Positions 48,094-62,494 of a DNA stretch of 64,000 bases are shown here, piece after piece. This DNA is from Eledone cirrhosa. Lineage: Eukaryota. Location of the stretch: the NCBI GenBank assembly GCA_964016885.1, contig OZ024742.1:153450001-153514000 (forward strand), read 5' to 3'. The first letter of the stretch is position 1, and each line of letters begins with the position of its first letter. A program made the position numbers and the translations under genes. The notes under the pieces were generated by a model. It saw nothing but the letters and a program-made list of their open reading frames with translations. It made no database searches and was not told where the DNA came from.

Positions 48094-48140
48094 TAAACAA
48101 ATAATGAATAAACAATTCCTTATATTAAACAAAAAAAGTT

Positions 48141-48290
48141 CATTATTTAACGATCGTTTCTAGGATATATATGTGTTAGAATTGGCATGCATATTCAACA
48201 GATCTATGTACAAAATTATACAAAATTATACAAACTATCAAGATTAAATATACATACCAACACATATATACGCCGTCTTCAGAAATAATG
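48141..48290 (-). ncRNA. Type I hammerhead with a stem II of about 115 nt
   Basis: Reverse complement of 54351-54500. Confidence 0.82.
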
Positions 48291-49172
48291 AAGTATATTT
48301 ATGGATAATAACAACAATTCAAAAATTCAGGTCCGTTTGGGAACAAAATTGACCAATGAAAACACAAAGGGTTAAATGCAGTTCGGTGTGTGTATATACA
48401 TGTAAAACCCTTACACATATTTTACAAAAATGTATGTATAATTTGTATACGCATACTAAAAGGATGGATGCAAATACAAAATTTCAAGGTTAATGTCTCT
48501 GTAAGTTTATAATGTACAGATAAGATGCGTATTGACACACAAATATGAAATTAAGTATATAAATATATTTTTTCATACTCACACATATCCGTACAATCAC
48601 ACATACACGCGCGTATATGCATAAATATACACATAACCACGAACATACAAACACACACACACCCCCACTCACATTTATATATGTGGATATAAAATCATAA
48701 GCACATGGTTATTAATTCACTCACATAAGCACTGGCACACACATTTTTAGATCAAGATACAGAAATTAGGTGGGAGGGGGGGGGGAGAGGTCAGTATTCA
48801 ACGGTCTGAGCAGACTGCCTAATATAGATGTATCTATAAACTAAGAAAATAAAAAATAAATAATAAATAAACATTAAAGAGGAAAGAATAGAAAGAAAAA
48901 AGAAAAAAGAAAAAAGAAAAAAGAAATATATCAAGAAAATATATATATATATATATATACATACATATATATATATATATATATACACACACATATATAT
49001 ATAATATACATATATATACACATAGACACACACACACACATACATATATATACACACATATACAAACACATATATACATATACACACATCCACACTAAGA
49101 ACATACATACACACACATATATAAACATATACATATACACACATACATACATATACACATATACATACAAAT

Positions 49173-49215
<43 letters not shown>

Positions 49216-49551
49216 TATGTATATACACGTACATATACACACACATATACATATAATCACACATACTATATAGACACACATATATATAACCACACACATA
49301 CATGCACATATACAACACTTACATACTAATATACATACAGATATACACATACATAGCTATATATACACACAAATATATACAGACTTACATATATACATAC
49401 AGACAAATACTTACGCATCTATATATCGGTATATACATACAAACACCACTACACTATCACACAACTTAGACATACAAAGAGAAAGGTATATACCTATACA
49501 CACATACATATACAAATAGAAAAACATATAGATATATATATATATATATAT

Positions 49552-49612
<61 letters not shown>

Positions 49613-49849
49613 CACATACATATACACATACACACACATACACATACACACACATACATACATGTACACACACATAGAAATATATACGCATACACACATA
49701 CACACATACATATAAAGTCATACACACACATACACCTACACGAACATACACATACACATATATAAAGATATATATACACATACACACACACACAACACAT
49801 ACACACACACACATATATATAAAAAAAAAAAATAATAAAGATATATACA

Positions 49850-49901
<52 letters not shown>

Positions 49902-50241
49902 CATATATATATACACACACATACATACACACATACATAGACTTACATGTACATACATACACGTACATCGATATACATACATATATATATACACACATAG
50001 ACATATACATACATACATACACAACTTACATACACACATATATATACATGTATATTCATACATAGAATTAGATATATAATCATACATACATATGCACTTA
50101 CTTATACTCATATATACAAATACATACGCATCCATATATGCGTATATACATAAAAAACACCACTACAACCTCACCTAACTCAGACATACAAATAAAAATA
50201 AAAAGGCATATGTATATACATATATACACGCATTAATAGAG

Positions 50242-50276
<35 letters not shown>

Positions 50277-50535
50277 AATATATATATATACACACACATA
50301 CATTCATATATATATATATATAATAACCACACACACATACCACCAGAAATACACATACAAACACCCACATATACATATATATACACACGTATATATATAT
50401 ATATATATATACACACACATAAAAAACAGACATGCACATATATATATATTTTTTTACACTTATATATACACATATTATATACACATACACAACCTCACAT
50501 ATACACACATACACATAAGTTATATTCTAATAATA

Positions 50536-50578
<43 letters not shown>

Positions 50579-50660
50579 CATATATATATATATACACATA
50601 AACATATACATACATATATACACACATACGAATATAGACATATATTCACACATAGACACC

Positions 50661-50694
<34 letters not shown>

Positions 50695-50908
50695 TACATA
50701 TACACAGACACATATATACACTCACATATATATGTGTGTGCACACACACATATATACACACATACACACATATACACATAAACACATATATGTGCATACA
50801 TGCACACACACACACATATATCCACATAGATACGAAGATAGACATATAAATAGAGAGACATACATATATATACAACACACATACACACACATACATACAC
50901 ACACATAT

Positions 50909-50941
<33 letters not shown>

Positions 50942-51757
50942 TCTATATATACATATATACATACATATATATATATACATATATATATATACATACACAT
51001 ACACATACACACATTCACATACACATACATATATACATGCATATATACACATATATACATACATACACACACTCATATATACACACACAATCTTACATTC
51101 ATATTTGCATGCGCATATATGTATTTTTATATTCAGATATAAATACCCAAACCTATATAGACACCTACCTACATATATATTCATACATACACGCTTACAA
51201 ATACAGATGATAATAGTATGGGGGAAAGGGGGGGTTGGAGAAGGGGATCATAGTAAATATATGTTTCAAGAAACATAGAATATTTTCCGTATCTTGATCC
51301 AATGTATGTTTTTACATAGTTTCAGTGTTAGGAAATACAATAAACAAGAACTAAGGCAAAATCTATGCATCTCAAAATAAACAAGTATACCATTAATTAT
51401 ATGTTAACTAAACCAAAGATAGTTAACATATTGATTTCTAAGGTGTAAATTAGTTAGGTTTATAATATTTGAAGCAGAATTTTGAAGTTAAATAGTAGTA
51501 GAGTATTAATTATAGTATAACTAAATTAAAGTTAATAACGTTATGGTATCAATATTAGGAAATGAATTTAGTAATAGGGAAAAAACAAATAAAATAAAGT
51601 ATTACATCGGTAGTAGAATATAAATTATAGGTTAACTAAATTAAAAATTATATATTTATTTCTATAGTATATGTTAATTAGATATATAATACATAAAACA
51701 GATATTGTATTTTATCAATAGCAGAATATAATTATATGCAAATAGAAATCAAAATTA

Positions 51758-51788
<31 letters not shown>

Positions 51789-52374
51789 CACATACATATA
51801 TACATATATATACACATATATATATATATACATATATACACATATACATACACACACACATACACATACACATATACATATACATATTTTTTTCAAAAAA
51901 TTGCATAGAATATATTAACTAGGTATATATCCAAAACACATCCCATTCTATGATTACATGACATTCTGCAATTCGTCTGTATAAGGATACTAATTTTAAG
52001 CAAATTAAAATTAAATTTTTAGGTTGATTAAAATTAAAACCAAATTATAAATATATTTCTAAAATGTATATTAATTAGGTCTATAATACTAAAAAATTAT
52101 TTCTCTGTCATTGGATACACGATATTATTTTGTTATATTTTATCTGTAAAAGAATTATAATAAAAGGTTTAAATAAATTAAAATTAATCTATAAATTAAA
52201 TTACTAAGTATATATTAGTAATATTTAAAGGTTTTTCACAATTTATGATTACATAATATTTTATATTCTCATCTGTAATAAAATGTTAATTAAATTAAAT
52301 TTATAGGTTAACTAACATTTAAATTAAATTAATTTCTAAAATAATGTTATTAATTAGGTTTATAATATTTCAAT

Positions 52375-53570
52375 GTTTTTTTTAGTTTATGATTACACGA
52401 TATAACTAATTCCTGTCGTTTATTTAATAAGATATCCTTAGACTTCATTATTTCAAATAGTTCTTGGGAACATAATCTACATTCATTTCTATTATTTTGA
52501 TAAAGGGGTGGCTCTTTTGAGCACACTCCAGGTCAAATCATATTCTATATTCTTATTTTTATAACTATTGATTTTTTCTGGTAGAGATGTTGTATTAGCC
52601 AGTGCGGCATTTTTAAAACTATGCTTGTGGGTATTAAACCTTGTCTTAAAATTGTTAGAGGTAGCTCCTATATATGAGCAAATAGAATCTTTAGTTTTAA
52701 CATTACATTTATAGACTATGTTGTTAACAAGACAATTCCCTTTTAATGGGCAGTTTGCTTTGTTTCTACAGTTACATCCTTTCGTTAATTCTGTATTTGA
52801 GGAGATATTATGGTTAATTTGATGTACTGGTGGTATACTTATGGTTTTCTTACATTTATATGCATTATAGGCACTTATATTTTGTTTTATGTTATTTGTT
52901 GTAGAGTATGAGAATTTAACTGTAGACCTATTTAAGATTTGATGGTATTTGTGGTTTGGCGGGAAGTTTTTCTCAAGGATATAAAAAAATTTGTTAGCAA
53001 TATTATCCTTAACTTGTAAATTAAAAGGAGCATTATACCAAGTAACCCGTCTATTACGGTTTCTATGTTGTTTATTATTTTTATTATTTTTATAGGTTGT
53101 ATCGTGATTTTTACTAGGAGGATTAATGTTAATGATCTCACCACAACCATTTTTAGTTATATTTGTAGATTTAGGTGTTTTATCCTTTTTATTAGGAGTT
53201 TTATTATTAATATTTATTAGAGTTGTATGATGAGTAGTTTTTTGAGAGTTACTATACTTTATATTAGAAGATTTGGTATTTTGGGGTATAGTGTGGGTGG
53301 CATTTAGGTGTGTACTTTTCATTTGGTGTTTGTTGGTAATATTATGTTGTATGCTTTCAGTATTTTTAGTAGAAGGTATATACTCTAATCTATTTTTGTG
53401 GCCACTTCTATCTAGAGCTTCGTTATAGAAGGTCGCATTTTTATCAAATACATCTTGGTTAGAAGAAAGGTTAGAAATTCTAAGTGATATATTATATGCA
53501 AGGTTTTTAAGGATAGATTTAGGGTGATTAGATTGTGAGTGTATGTAATGTAAGTTTTGGTTAGGTTTAT
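52375..53570 (-). pseudogene. Naiad-type RT thumb, CNCx5C Zn finger and GIY-YIG, with a frameshift near the C-terminus
   Basis: RRVTWYNAPFN, CNCRNKANCPLKGNCL, IVYKC..YIGATSNNFKTRFNTH, then in a shifted frame CRLCSQE..LNKRQELVISCNH. Confidence 0.9.
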
Positions 53571-53667
53571 GGTTAGGTTTATATATATATGTTAGGTTTA
53601 TATATATATGTTAGGTTTATGGTTAGGTTTATATATATATGTGTGTGTATATATATATATATATATG

Positions 53668-53705
<38 letters not shown>

Positions 53706-54350
53706 CTTGATATATTTCTTTTTTCTTTTTTCTTTTTTCTTTTTTCTTTCTATTCCTTCCTCTTTAATGTTTATTTATTATTTATTTTTTATTTTCTTAG
53801 TTTATAGATACATCTATATTAGGCAGTCTGCTCAGACCGTTGAATACTGACCTCTCCCCCCCCCCTCCCACCTAATTTCTGTATCTTGATCTAAAAATGT
53901 GTGTGCCAGTGCTTATGTGAGTGAATTAATATCCATGTGCTTATGATTTTATATCCACATATATAAATGTGAGTGGGGGTGTGTGTGTGTTTGTATGTTC
54001 GTGGTTATGTGTATATTTATGCATATACGCGCGTGTATGTGTGATTGTACGGATATGTGTGAGTATGAAAAAATATATTTATATACTTAATTTCATATTT
54101 GTGTGTCAATACGCATCTTATCTGTACATTATAAACTTACAGAGACATTAACCTTGAAATGTTGTATTTGCATCCATCCTTTTAGTATGCGTATACAAAT
54201 TATACATACATTTTTGTAAAATATGTGTAAGGGTTTTACATGTATATACACACACCGAACTGCATTTAACCCTTTGTGTTTTCATTGGTCAATTTTGTTC
54301 CCAAACGGACCTGAATTTTTGAATTGTTGTTATTATCAATAAATATACTT

Positions 54351-54500
54351 CATTATTTCTGAAGACGGCGTATATATGTGTTGGTATGTATATTTAATCT
54401 TGATAGTTTGTATAATTTTGTATAATTTTGTACATAGATCTGTTGAATATGCATGCCAATTCTAACACATATATATCCTAGAAACGATCGTTAAATAATG
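54351..54500 (+). ncRNA. Type I hammerhead with a stem II of about 115 nt
   Basis: cattattt-CTGAAGA-[long hairpin]-GAAA-CGATCG-TT^-aaataatg. Perfect 8-10-bp stem I; palindromic ACGATCGT. Confidence 0.82.
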
Positions 54501-54720
54501 AACTTTTTTTGTTTAATATAAGGAATTGTTTATTCATTATTTGTTTAATATTTTATCTTGACTCTGTATACCGTTTATCTTTCACCGAAAGTGATTTTTC
54601 ATTACATCTCTTCTTTCCATGATATCCGGAATACATTGAGTTCTTCATACGGATTGGACACTACCGTAAACTCTTGGTAGATTTATCAACATAATATATA
54701 TATATATATATATATATATC

Positions 54721-54753
<33 letters not shown>

Positions 54754-54812
54754 GTACATAATATATATATATATATATATATGTATATACATAATATATA
54801 TATATATATATA

Positions 54813-54845
<33 letters not shown>

Positions 54846-54871
54846 GATATATATATATATATATACATATA

Positions 54872-54955
<84 letters not shown>

Positions 54956-54980
54956 ATATATATATATATATATATGCATA

Positions 54981-55013
<33 letters not shown>

Positions 55014-55185
55014 TATATATACATATATATATACATTATATATATGTATATATATATATATATAGTAATAATAATACATTTGAAGACTAAAATCCAAAGT
55101 GGGCTCGATAAGGATAAACATATATCAAATATATAAGAACCGTAGAGCAAATATTTATTAAAATAACAGGTAATCTGTTATTTTA

Positions 55186-55258
<73 letters not shown>

Positions 55259-55272
55259 CATCAAATATATAC

Positions 55273-55332
<60 letters not shown>

Positions 55333-55345
55333 TATATATATATAC

Positions 55346-55419
<74 letters not shown>

Positions 55420-55481
55420 TAATATATATATATATACATAATATATATATATATATATATACATAATATATATATATATAC

Positions 55482-55524
<43 letters not shown>

Positions 55525-55634
55525 AATATATATATATATACATATATATATATATGTTTATACATAATATATATATACCTATATACATAATATATATATA
55601 TATATTCAAATAATATATATATATATATAATATA

Positions 55635-56010
55635 TATATTCAAAACAACAAACAGCGAAGGACGCGTTCCGGACTTGTCCGACAGACAACTTTTTCCCCC
55701 ACCCCGGAAAAAAACCACAGTAGATGGATGTGAATCCGAAATATAGAGGGACTATTAAATCTCTCCCAAGGTAACTCTGTCTTGTATTGTTATTTTTATT
55801 TTATCCTTTATACTCTTCCCTTCATTCTACACATCTCACACAACTTATACATACCACGCATCTCAAAGTACACCCACTTACATCTCTCTCTCCACCACTG
55901 GACCTTGTTACCCGGAGATTTACCCATTTGTATCGTCGAGGCTTCCAAATGACTTAAAGATATTTACTTATTGTTCCACAATGCTTCAAGCAAACTTCAG
56001 TACTCTCATA
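55635..56010 (+). mobile_element. Solo 3' tail of the 41640-43840 PLE family
   Basis: Colinear with about 43465-43840. Confidence 0.85.
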
Positions 56011-56026
56011 TATATATATATACATA

Positions 56027-56109
<83 letters not shown>

Positions 56110-56149
56110 TAAATAAAAGTAAAATGATTAAAATTTAGCTTCGTTTATT

Positions 56150-56204
56150 ACTGCTATATATATTTCAGTGACAGCCATCTTTGGCTGTGACCTCTTCAGG
56201 CAGT
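56150..56204 (-). ncRNA. Type I hammerhead in a pLTR
   Basis: actgc-CTGAAGA-g-gtcacagcca(aaga)tggctgtcac-t-GAAA-tatata-TA^-gcagt. Confidence 0.85.
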
Positions 56205-57421
56205 TTGAATTAGTATGGTATAGACAAGTACATATGTTGTTTAGGTGTATGATATTGTCAATACTCTGATATGCCCAGTTCCTTGTTGGGTTGTTAATTC
56301 ACTGGGGACCTGGAGTCATATGAATTCAAACAAACGAATTTTCGTGTCACAGGTCCCCTTCTCCTCTCATTGGTCAGTTATTAGAACATTCCTCATTCTA
56401 AGTGTTGTTATTTTTGGAGTTAGCTTAAAAATTGATAAAATGGTAGAAGGGACAAGGTGTTAAAGGAACAAAATAACCAAACAAGTGTCAAACTTCCCAT
56501 TGTTCAGTTCTGAGAGCATTCCTCAGTCAGAAGTCTACAGAATTCTTTCTGGGGTGAGGCTCCCTGTAGTGTTTTTGCCTGCTATTGTTCAGTACATTTG
56601 ACCTCCACCATTATTTTGGTACTGTTGTTGTTGTAGTGGTCAGCTTATATCTTGCTGCTGCTAACAATTTAGAAGTATCCAGTTTGTGTTTTCTCTTCAT
56701 CCCTCCCGCCACCATCGTAGTGGTAGTGGTGGCGGTGGTGTTGGATATGGGGGGGGGTTATTTCATGTATATGAAGAAATATAAGGCAATAATTGAAGAA
56801 AACAGAAAATAAATAAATGATATAATAAAATAAAATAATTAATATAATTTGTGTAATTTGAAAATAAATAAATAAATAGAGAATAAAGAATAAAGAGTAA
56901 ATGACAGATTGGTGAAAAAGTAATGATAATGTATATGGAGATGTGAGAAATAATGTAGGATAAAGTGTGTGTGTGCGTGCTATAACCAATCTCAAGGTCA
57001 GAATATGTTGGATAGATTGGAATGATACAATATGTTAAGATGAGATATTCAATGTGTTTGTGTTATAATCTATCTCAACTTATAATAAATATAAGGTGAT
57101 ACAGTGAAGAGGGCAGAAAACAAATAACAAATTAATAAAGAGAAATCAAGATTTAAGATTGGAACTTGAAAGTCAGAAATCTGGTAAATTAATAGTGTTT
57201 GTGTTATAGATGTTGGCCAAATTATTATGGATGTGTCCGATTCTATCTCTAGGCTATCATGGTGTCTGCTCCGCCTGGGTTGTTCCCTATGGCTTGAGGG
57301 GAGTTCACAACCTAGGGTATTGTTATTGCCCATAGAGCTTGAGTGAGGTCTGGCCGAGATGTGTTTTCATGTTCTGTAGAAGTCCCTATGGCTTGAGGGG
57401 AGTTCACATCTTCTTGTGTTG

Positions 57422-59330
57422 CTACTGTCCATATATTCTGAGAAAGGTGCCGGTTCTAAGGTGTCTGCATGTCCCGAAGAAGTCGGTTCTGAGGTTTATC
57501 AGGCCGCTTCCACCTCTTAGTATCTCGAGGGTCTCGTTCAGGCATAGTTTGCATATGTGTGGTACTTTCCTGATTATGTACCAGGCCAGAGAGTATGGGG
57601 TCCTGTCCAGCTTAAGCTTCCAGATCAGGTTGGAGAGAGCTGTGCTTTTCCTTTTGGCCTCCTTCTTGAATGAATGGCGATGGTTGTACCAGCGGTCCTT
57701 AAAGCTCGTTGATGTGGCTCCTATGTAGAGGTGTTCGGAGTTGGGGGTTTTAACCCTACAACCGTACACTATGTTCTTCTTGAGACATTCATTACCAAGG
57801 GGGCATGATTCAGGGTTTCTACAGTTGCAGAGGGTGGTCGGCCTCTGCGTGCCTAGATTAGGGTTCTCATTATGTGTTACATGTTGGTCTTCCCCCATGC
57901 TCGGTGGGGGGTCCTTGGGTCTGTTTGTGTTTCTTGGGTGGACTCTGGGTCCCCCCTTCCCTCCTTTCACATGGTTCTGCTGAGTGTTTGTATTGCCATC
58001 TTCTGGTTGTGTGTTGCTTTTAAGCCTACTTCTGTTGATGCTAGCTATGTGTTGGGCCAAATTTCTCGTGGTGGAATACGAAAGCTTCACAGTGTGTCTG
58101 TTGAAGATTCTGTGGTATCTGTGGTCCCTCGGGAAGCATTTGTCAAGTGCTCCAAAGAATAATCGGGCCAAGCTTTTCTTTAGGGCCGCTGAGTAGGGTG
58201 GGTTGTACCACGTGATTTGTCTGTCTCTCCTCCTATATGTGTGGGTTGGGGGCTTCGTGATTTGTTGGAGATTTGTTGGTTTGCTGGTGGTTTCCGCACT
58301 GTTGCTTCCCTTTTGGGCTCTATACTTTTTGTTATCTTCGCGGCCCGGATTTGTGGGGTGGTTGTTGTCCGCCCCGGGAGATCCATCGTGGGGTTTTCGC
58401 CCGTTTCCCCCCCACCCCACCCCCACGTGTCCTGCGGTTGGGGCTGTCCGTCCTGGGGTAGTTAGCATCACGCCTGAGACTGCTACTCATATTGTGCTCC
58501 ATCTCGTGGTCAATCGCCCTAGTCCCCACCGCCCGTGTGGTGGTGTCTGGTACATGGTGCCTATTTGATTCTGCTCTGCCTGTATTGTTAGGGTTCGCCC
58601 TCCCCCCTCTGGCAACGCGGTTGTGGGTGTCTGTTGGGCTATCCACCTCCTGGCTTTTCGGACTATATGTTATATTTTGTCCACGTGCCGCCTTCTCTAG
58701 AGCTGTGTTGTAATATTCCGCGTGGTTGTTGAATATTTCCTTACTTGCGGACAGGCTGGAGATCCTGTCCGAGACACTCTTCACCACTGCCTTGGTTATG
58801 GATCTAGGGTGGTTTGATTTGGCGTTAACATATACTAGTTTCTCGTTGGGCTTGTGGTAGGGGTAGTATTGCTCGGTGTTCAGGTTTAGGGGGGTGTCTA
58901 GGAAGTTAACTACCTTCCTATTTGGGTCTATTTATATGCTGAGCCCCAGGTTCTTAAAGAAATGGCGAATACGGCTCCTCTTAAAGAAATGGCGAATACG
59001 GCTCCTCATACCCTCATACTCCTGACTTCTGGTTGGGTTTCCGGAGAATTTGAGGTTGGATATAATGTTAATCATCTCGTTTTCAAACTCCTCCATTAGT
59101 CTGTTGTGTGGGGGGGGGGGGGATTCCTCCTTGATCGAAAAAGGTACTCCATGTTTTCTGTGTTTGTAGTTTTCTGCGTTCCTCTTTCGAAGTGGAACGC
59201 CTTCCATCTCATCCTACGGATGAGGGAGTCCGTACTCTTGATGAGATCACTGGTGTATTCTCGTTTATCAGGTAGGGGGATGTCCTTCAGTGACGCTAAG
59301 GTTGCCAGTTTATCAATAGTGACTTAGGTC
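57422..59330 (-). pseudogene. Naiad ORF with the RT core deleted
   Basis: N-terminal region joins directly, at about 59035, to FKNLGLSI*..VVNFLD..PYHKPN..SNHP. No catalytic DD motif; frameshifts. Confidence 0.85.
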
Positions 59331-59519
59331 TGCTACTGTTTGAAGCGCTCAATCCGTGTGGGAGCTAGACAGATTTTGAGTTTATGTTGGTTGTATACCA
59401 ACACCTCAGTATGCAGGCTGGAGCACTCGACGAAGTGCGCAGGTTGGTTTGGTTACTCCGGAGTAGTGTAAAATAAAGTTAAATAAAAGTCAAATGATTA
59501 AAATTTAGCTTTGTTTATT

Positions 59520-59574
59520 ACTGCTATATATATTTCAGTGACAGCCATCTTTGGCTGTTACCTCTTCAGGCAGT
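59520..59574 (-). ncRNA. Type I hammerhead in a pLTR
   Basis: Second pLTR copy. Confidence 0.85.
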
Positions 59575-62096
59575 TTGAATTAGTATGGTATAGACAAGTA
59601 TATATGTTGTTTAGGTGTATGATATTGTCAACACTCTGATATGCCCAGTTCCTTGTTGGGTTGTTAATTCACTGGTGAACTGGAGTCATATGAATTCAAA
59701 CAAACGAATGTTAGTATCACAGGTCCCCTTCCCCTCTCATTGGTCAGTTATTAGAACATTCCTCATTCTAAGTGTTGTTATTGTTGGAGTTAGCTTAAAA
59801 ATTAATAAAATGGTAGAAGGGACAAGGTGTTAAAGGAACAAAATAACAAAAAAGTATCAAACTTCCCATTGTTCAGTTCTGAGAGCATTCCTCAGTCAGA
59901 AGTCTATAGAATTCTTTCTGGGGTGAGGCTCCCTGTAGTGTTTTTGCCTGCTATTGTTCAGTACATTTGACCTCCACCGTTATTTTGGTACTGTTGTTGT
60001 TGTAGTGGTCAGCTTATATCTTGCTGGTGCTAACAATTTAGAAGTATCCAGTTTGTGTTTTCTCTTCATCCCCGGGGCGGACAACAACCACCCCACAAAT
60101 CCGGGCCGCGAAGATAACAAAAAGTATAGAGCCCAAAAGGGAAGCAACAGTGCGGAAACCACCAGCAAACCAACAAATCTCCAACAAATCACGAAGCCCC
60201 CAACCCACACATATAGGAGGAGACACAGACAAATCACGTGGTACAACCCACCCTACTCAGCGGCCCTAAAGAAAAGCTTGGCCCGATATTCTTTGGAGCA
60301 CTTGACAAATGCTTCCCGAAGGACCACAGATACCACAGGATCTTCAACAGACACACTGTGAAGCATTCGTATTCCACCACGAGAAATTTGGCCCAACACA
60401 TAGCTAGCATCAACAGAAGTAGGCTTAAAAGCCACACACAACCAGACGATGGCAATACAAACACTCAGCAGAACCATGCCCCCTTGGTAATGAATGTCTC
60501 AAGAAGAACATAGTGTGCGGTTGTAGGGTTAAAACCCCCAACTCCGAACACCTCTACATAGGAGCCACATCAACGAGCTTTAAGGACCGCTGGTACAACC
60601 ATCGCCATTCATTCAAGAAGGAGGCCAAAAGGAAAAGCACAGCTCTCTCCGACCTGATCTGGAAGCTTAAGCTGGACAGGACCCCGTACTCTCTGGCCTG
60701 GTACATAATCAGGAAAGTACCACCCGATAAAGGGGGATCTTGCATATGCAAACTATGCCTGAACGAGACCCTCTAGATACTAAGAGGTGGAAGCGGCCTG
60801 ATAAACCTCAGAACCGACTTCTTCGGGACATGCAGACACCTTAGAGCCGGGACCTTTCTCAGAATATATGGACAGTAGCAACACAAGAAGATGTGAACTC
60901 CCCTCAAGCCATAGGGACTTCTACAGAACATGAAAACACATCTCGGCCAGACCTCCCTCAAGCTATATGGGCAATAACAACACCCTAGGTTGTGAACTCC
61001 CCTCAAGCCATAGGGAACAACCCAGGCGGAGCAGACACCATGATAGCTTAGAGATAGAATCGGACACAGCCATAATAATTTGGCCAACATCTATAACACA
61101 AACACTTTTAATTTACCAGATTTCTGACTTTCAAGTTCCAATCTTAAATCTTGATTTCTCTTTATTAATTTGTTATTTGTTTTCTGCCCTCTTCACTGTA
61201 TCACCTTATATTTATTTCAAGTTGAGATAGATTATAACACAAACACATTGAATATCTCATCTTAACATCTTGTATCATACCAATCTATCCAACATATTCT
61301 GACCTTGAGATTGGTTATAGCACACACACACACACTTTATCCTACATTATTTCTCACTTCTCCATATACATTATCATTACTTTTTCACCAATCTCTCATT
61401 TACTCTTTATTCTTTATTCTCTATTTATTTATTTATTTTCAAATTACACAAATTATATTAATTATTTTATTTTATTATATTATTTATTTATTTTCTGTTT
61501 TCTTCATTTATTGCCTTATATTTCTTCATATACATGAACTAACCCGCCACCCCTATCCAACACCAACACCACCACCACCACTACGATGGTGGCGGGAGGG
61601 ATGAAGAGAAAACACAAACTGGATACTTCTAAGTTGTTAGCAGCAGCAAGATATAAGCTGACCACTACAACAACAACAGTACCAAAATAATGGTGGAGGT
61701 CAAATGTACTGAACAATAGCAGGCAAAAACACTACAGGGAGCCTCACCCCAGAAAGAATTCTATAGACTTCTGACTGAGGAATGCTCTCAGAACTGAACA
61801 ATGGGAAGTTTGACACTTTTTTGGTTATTTTGTTCCTTTAACACCTTGTCCCTTCTACCATTTTATCAATTTTTAAGCTAACTCCAACAATAACAACACT
61901 TAGAATGAGGAATGTTCTAATAACTGACCAATGAGAGGAGAAGGGGACCTGTGACACGAAAATTCGTTCGTTTGAATTCATATGACTCCAGGTCCCCAGT
62001 GAATTAACAACCCAACAAGGAACTGGGCATATCAGAGTATTGACAATATCATACACCTAAACAACATATGTACTTGTCTATACCATACTAATTCAA

Positions 62097-62151
62097 ACTG
62101 CCTGAAGAGGTCACAGCCAAAGATGGCTGTCACTGAAATATATATAGCAGT
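62097..62151 (+). ncRNA. Type I hammerhead in the inverted pLTR
   Basis: Third copy. Confidence 0.85.
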
Positions 62152-62294
62152 AATAAACGAAGCTAAATTTTAATCATTTGACTTTTATTTAACTTTATTT
62201 TACGCTACTCCGGAGTAACCAGACCAACCTGCGCACTTCGTCGAGTGCTCCAGCCTGCATACTGAGGTGTTGGTATACAACCAACATAAACTCA

Positions 62295-62336
<42 letters not shown>

Positions 62337-62494
62337 GGATATTTATTATACATATATATATATATAAATAATATATATATATTATATATAAATATATTAT
62401 ATATGCATAAGTTTTATTTAAAATTGTTGGGTTACAACGAGTAAATATTTTATAACTGATATAAAAGCACTCAACGATTTTTGTAGTATTTTAC

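Larger units (their letters stand above)
48085..54690 (-). mobile_element. 5'-truncated Naiad-type PLE with a 3' tail of about 4.3 kb and an inverted tail arm
   Basis: RT thumb HKPNQNLHYIHSQSNHPKSILKN at about 53570. Tail about 48085-48990 is inverted at about 53620-54555. Confidence 0.9.
56106..62296 (-). mobile_element. Naiad-type PLE: pLTR-ORF-pLTR (minus, 56106-60070) plus an inverted truncated copy (plus, 60071-62296)
   Basis: pLTR repeats at 56106, 59475 and inverted ending about 62200. N-terminus SLKDIPLPDKREY..LIRRMRWKAFHF; QITWYNPPYS; CNCRNPESCPLGNECL; YIGATSTSFKDRWYNH; CKLCLNE; CRH. Confidence 0.93.

Noticed and set aside
53555-53630. TTAGG telomere-like repeats
   Set aside because: They derive from the RT codons for HKPN on the minus strand and are not a telomeric array.
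60910-60940. TGA at a Cys-equivalent position, suggesting a selenoprotein Naiad
   Set aside because: It lies in a decayed duplicate downstream of the real stop; the true Cys codons are TGY and I see no SECIS element.
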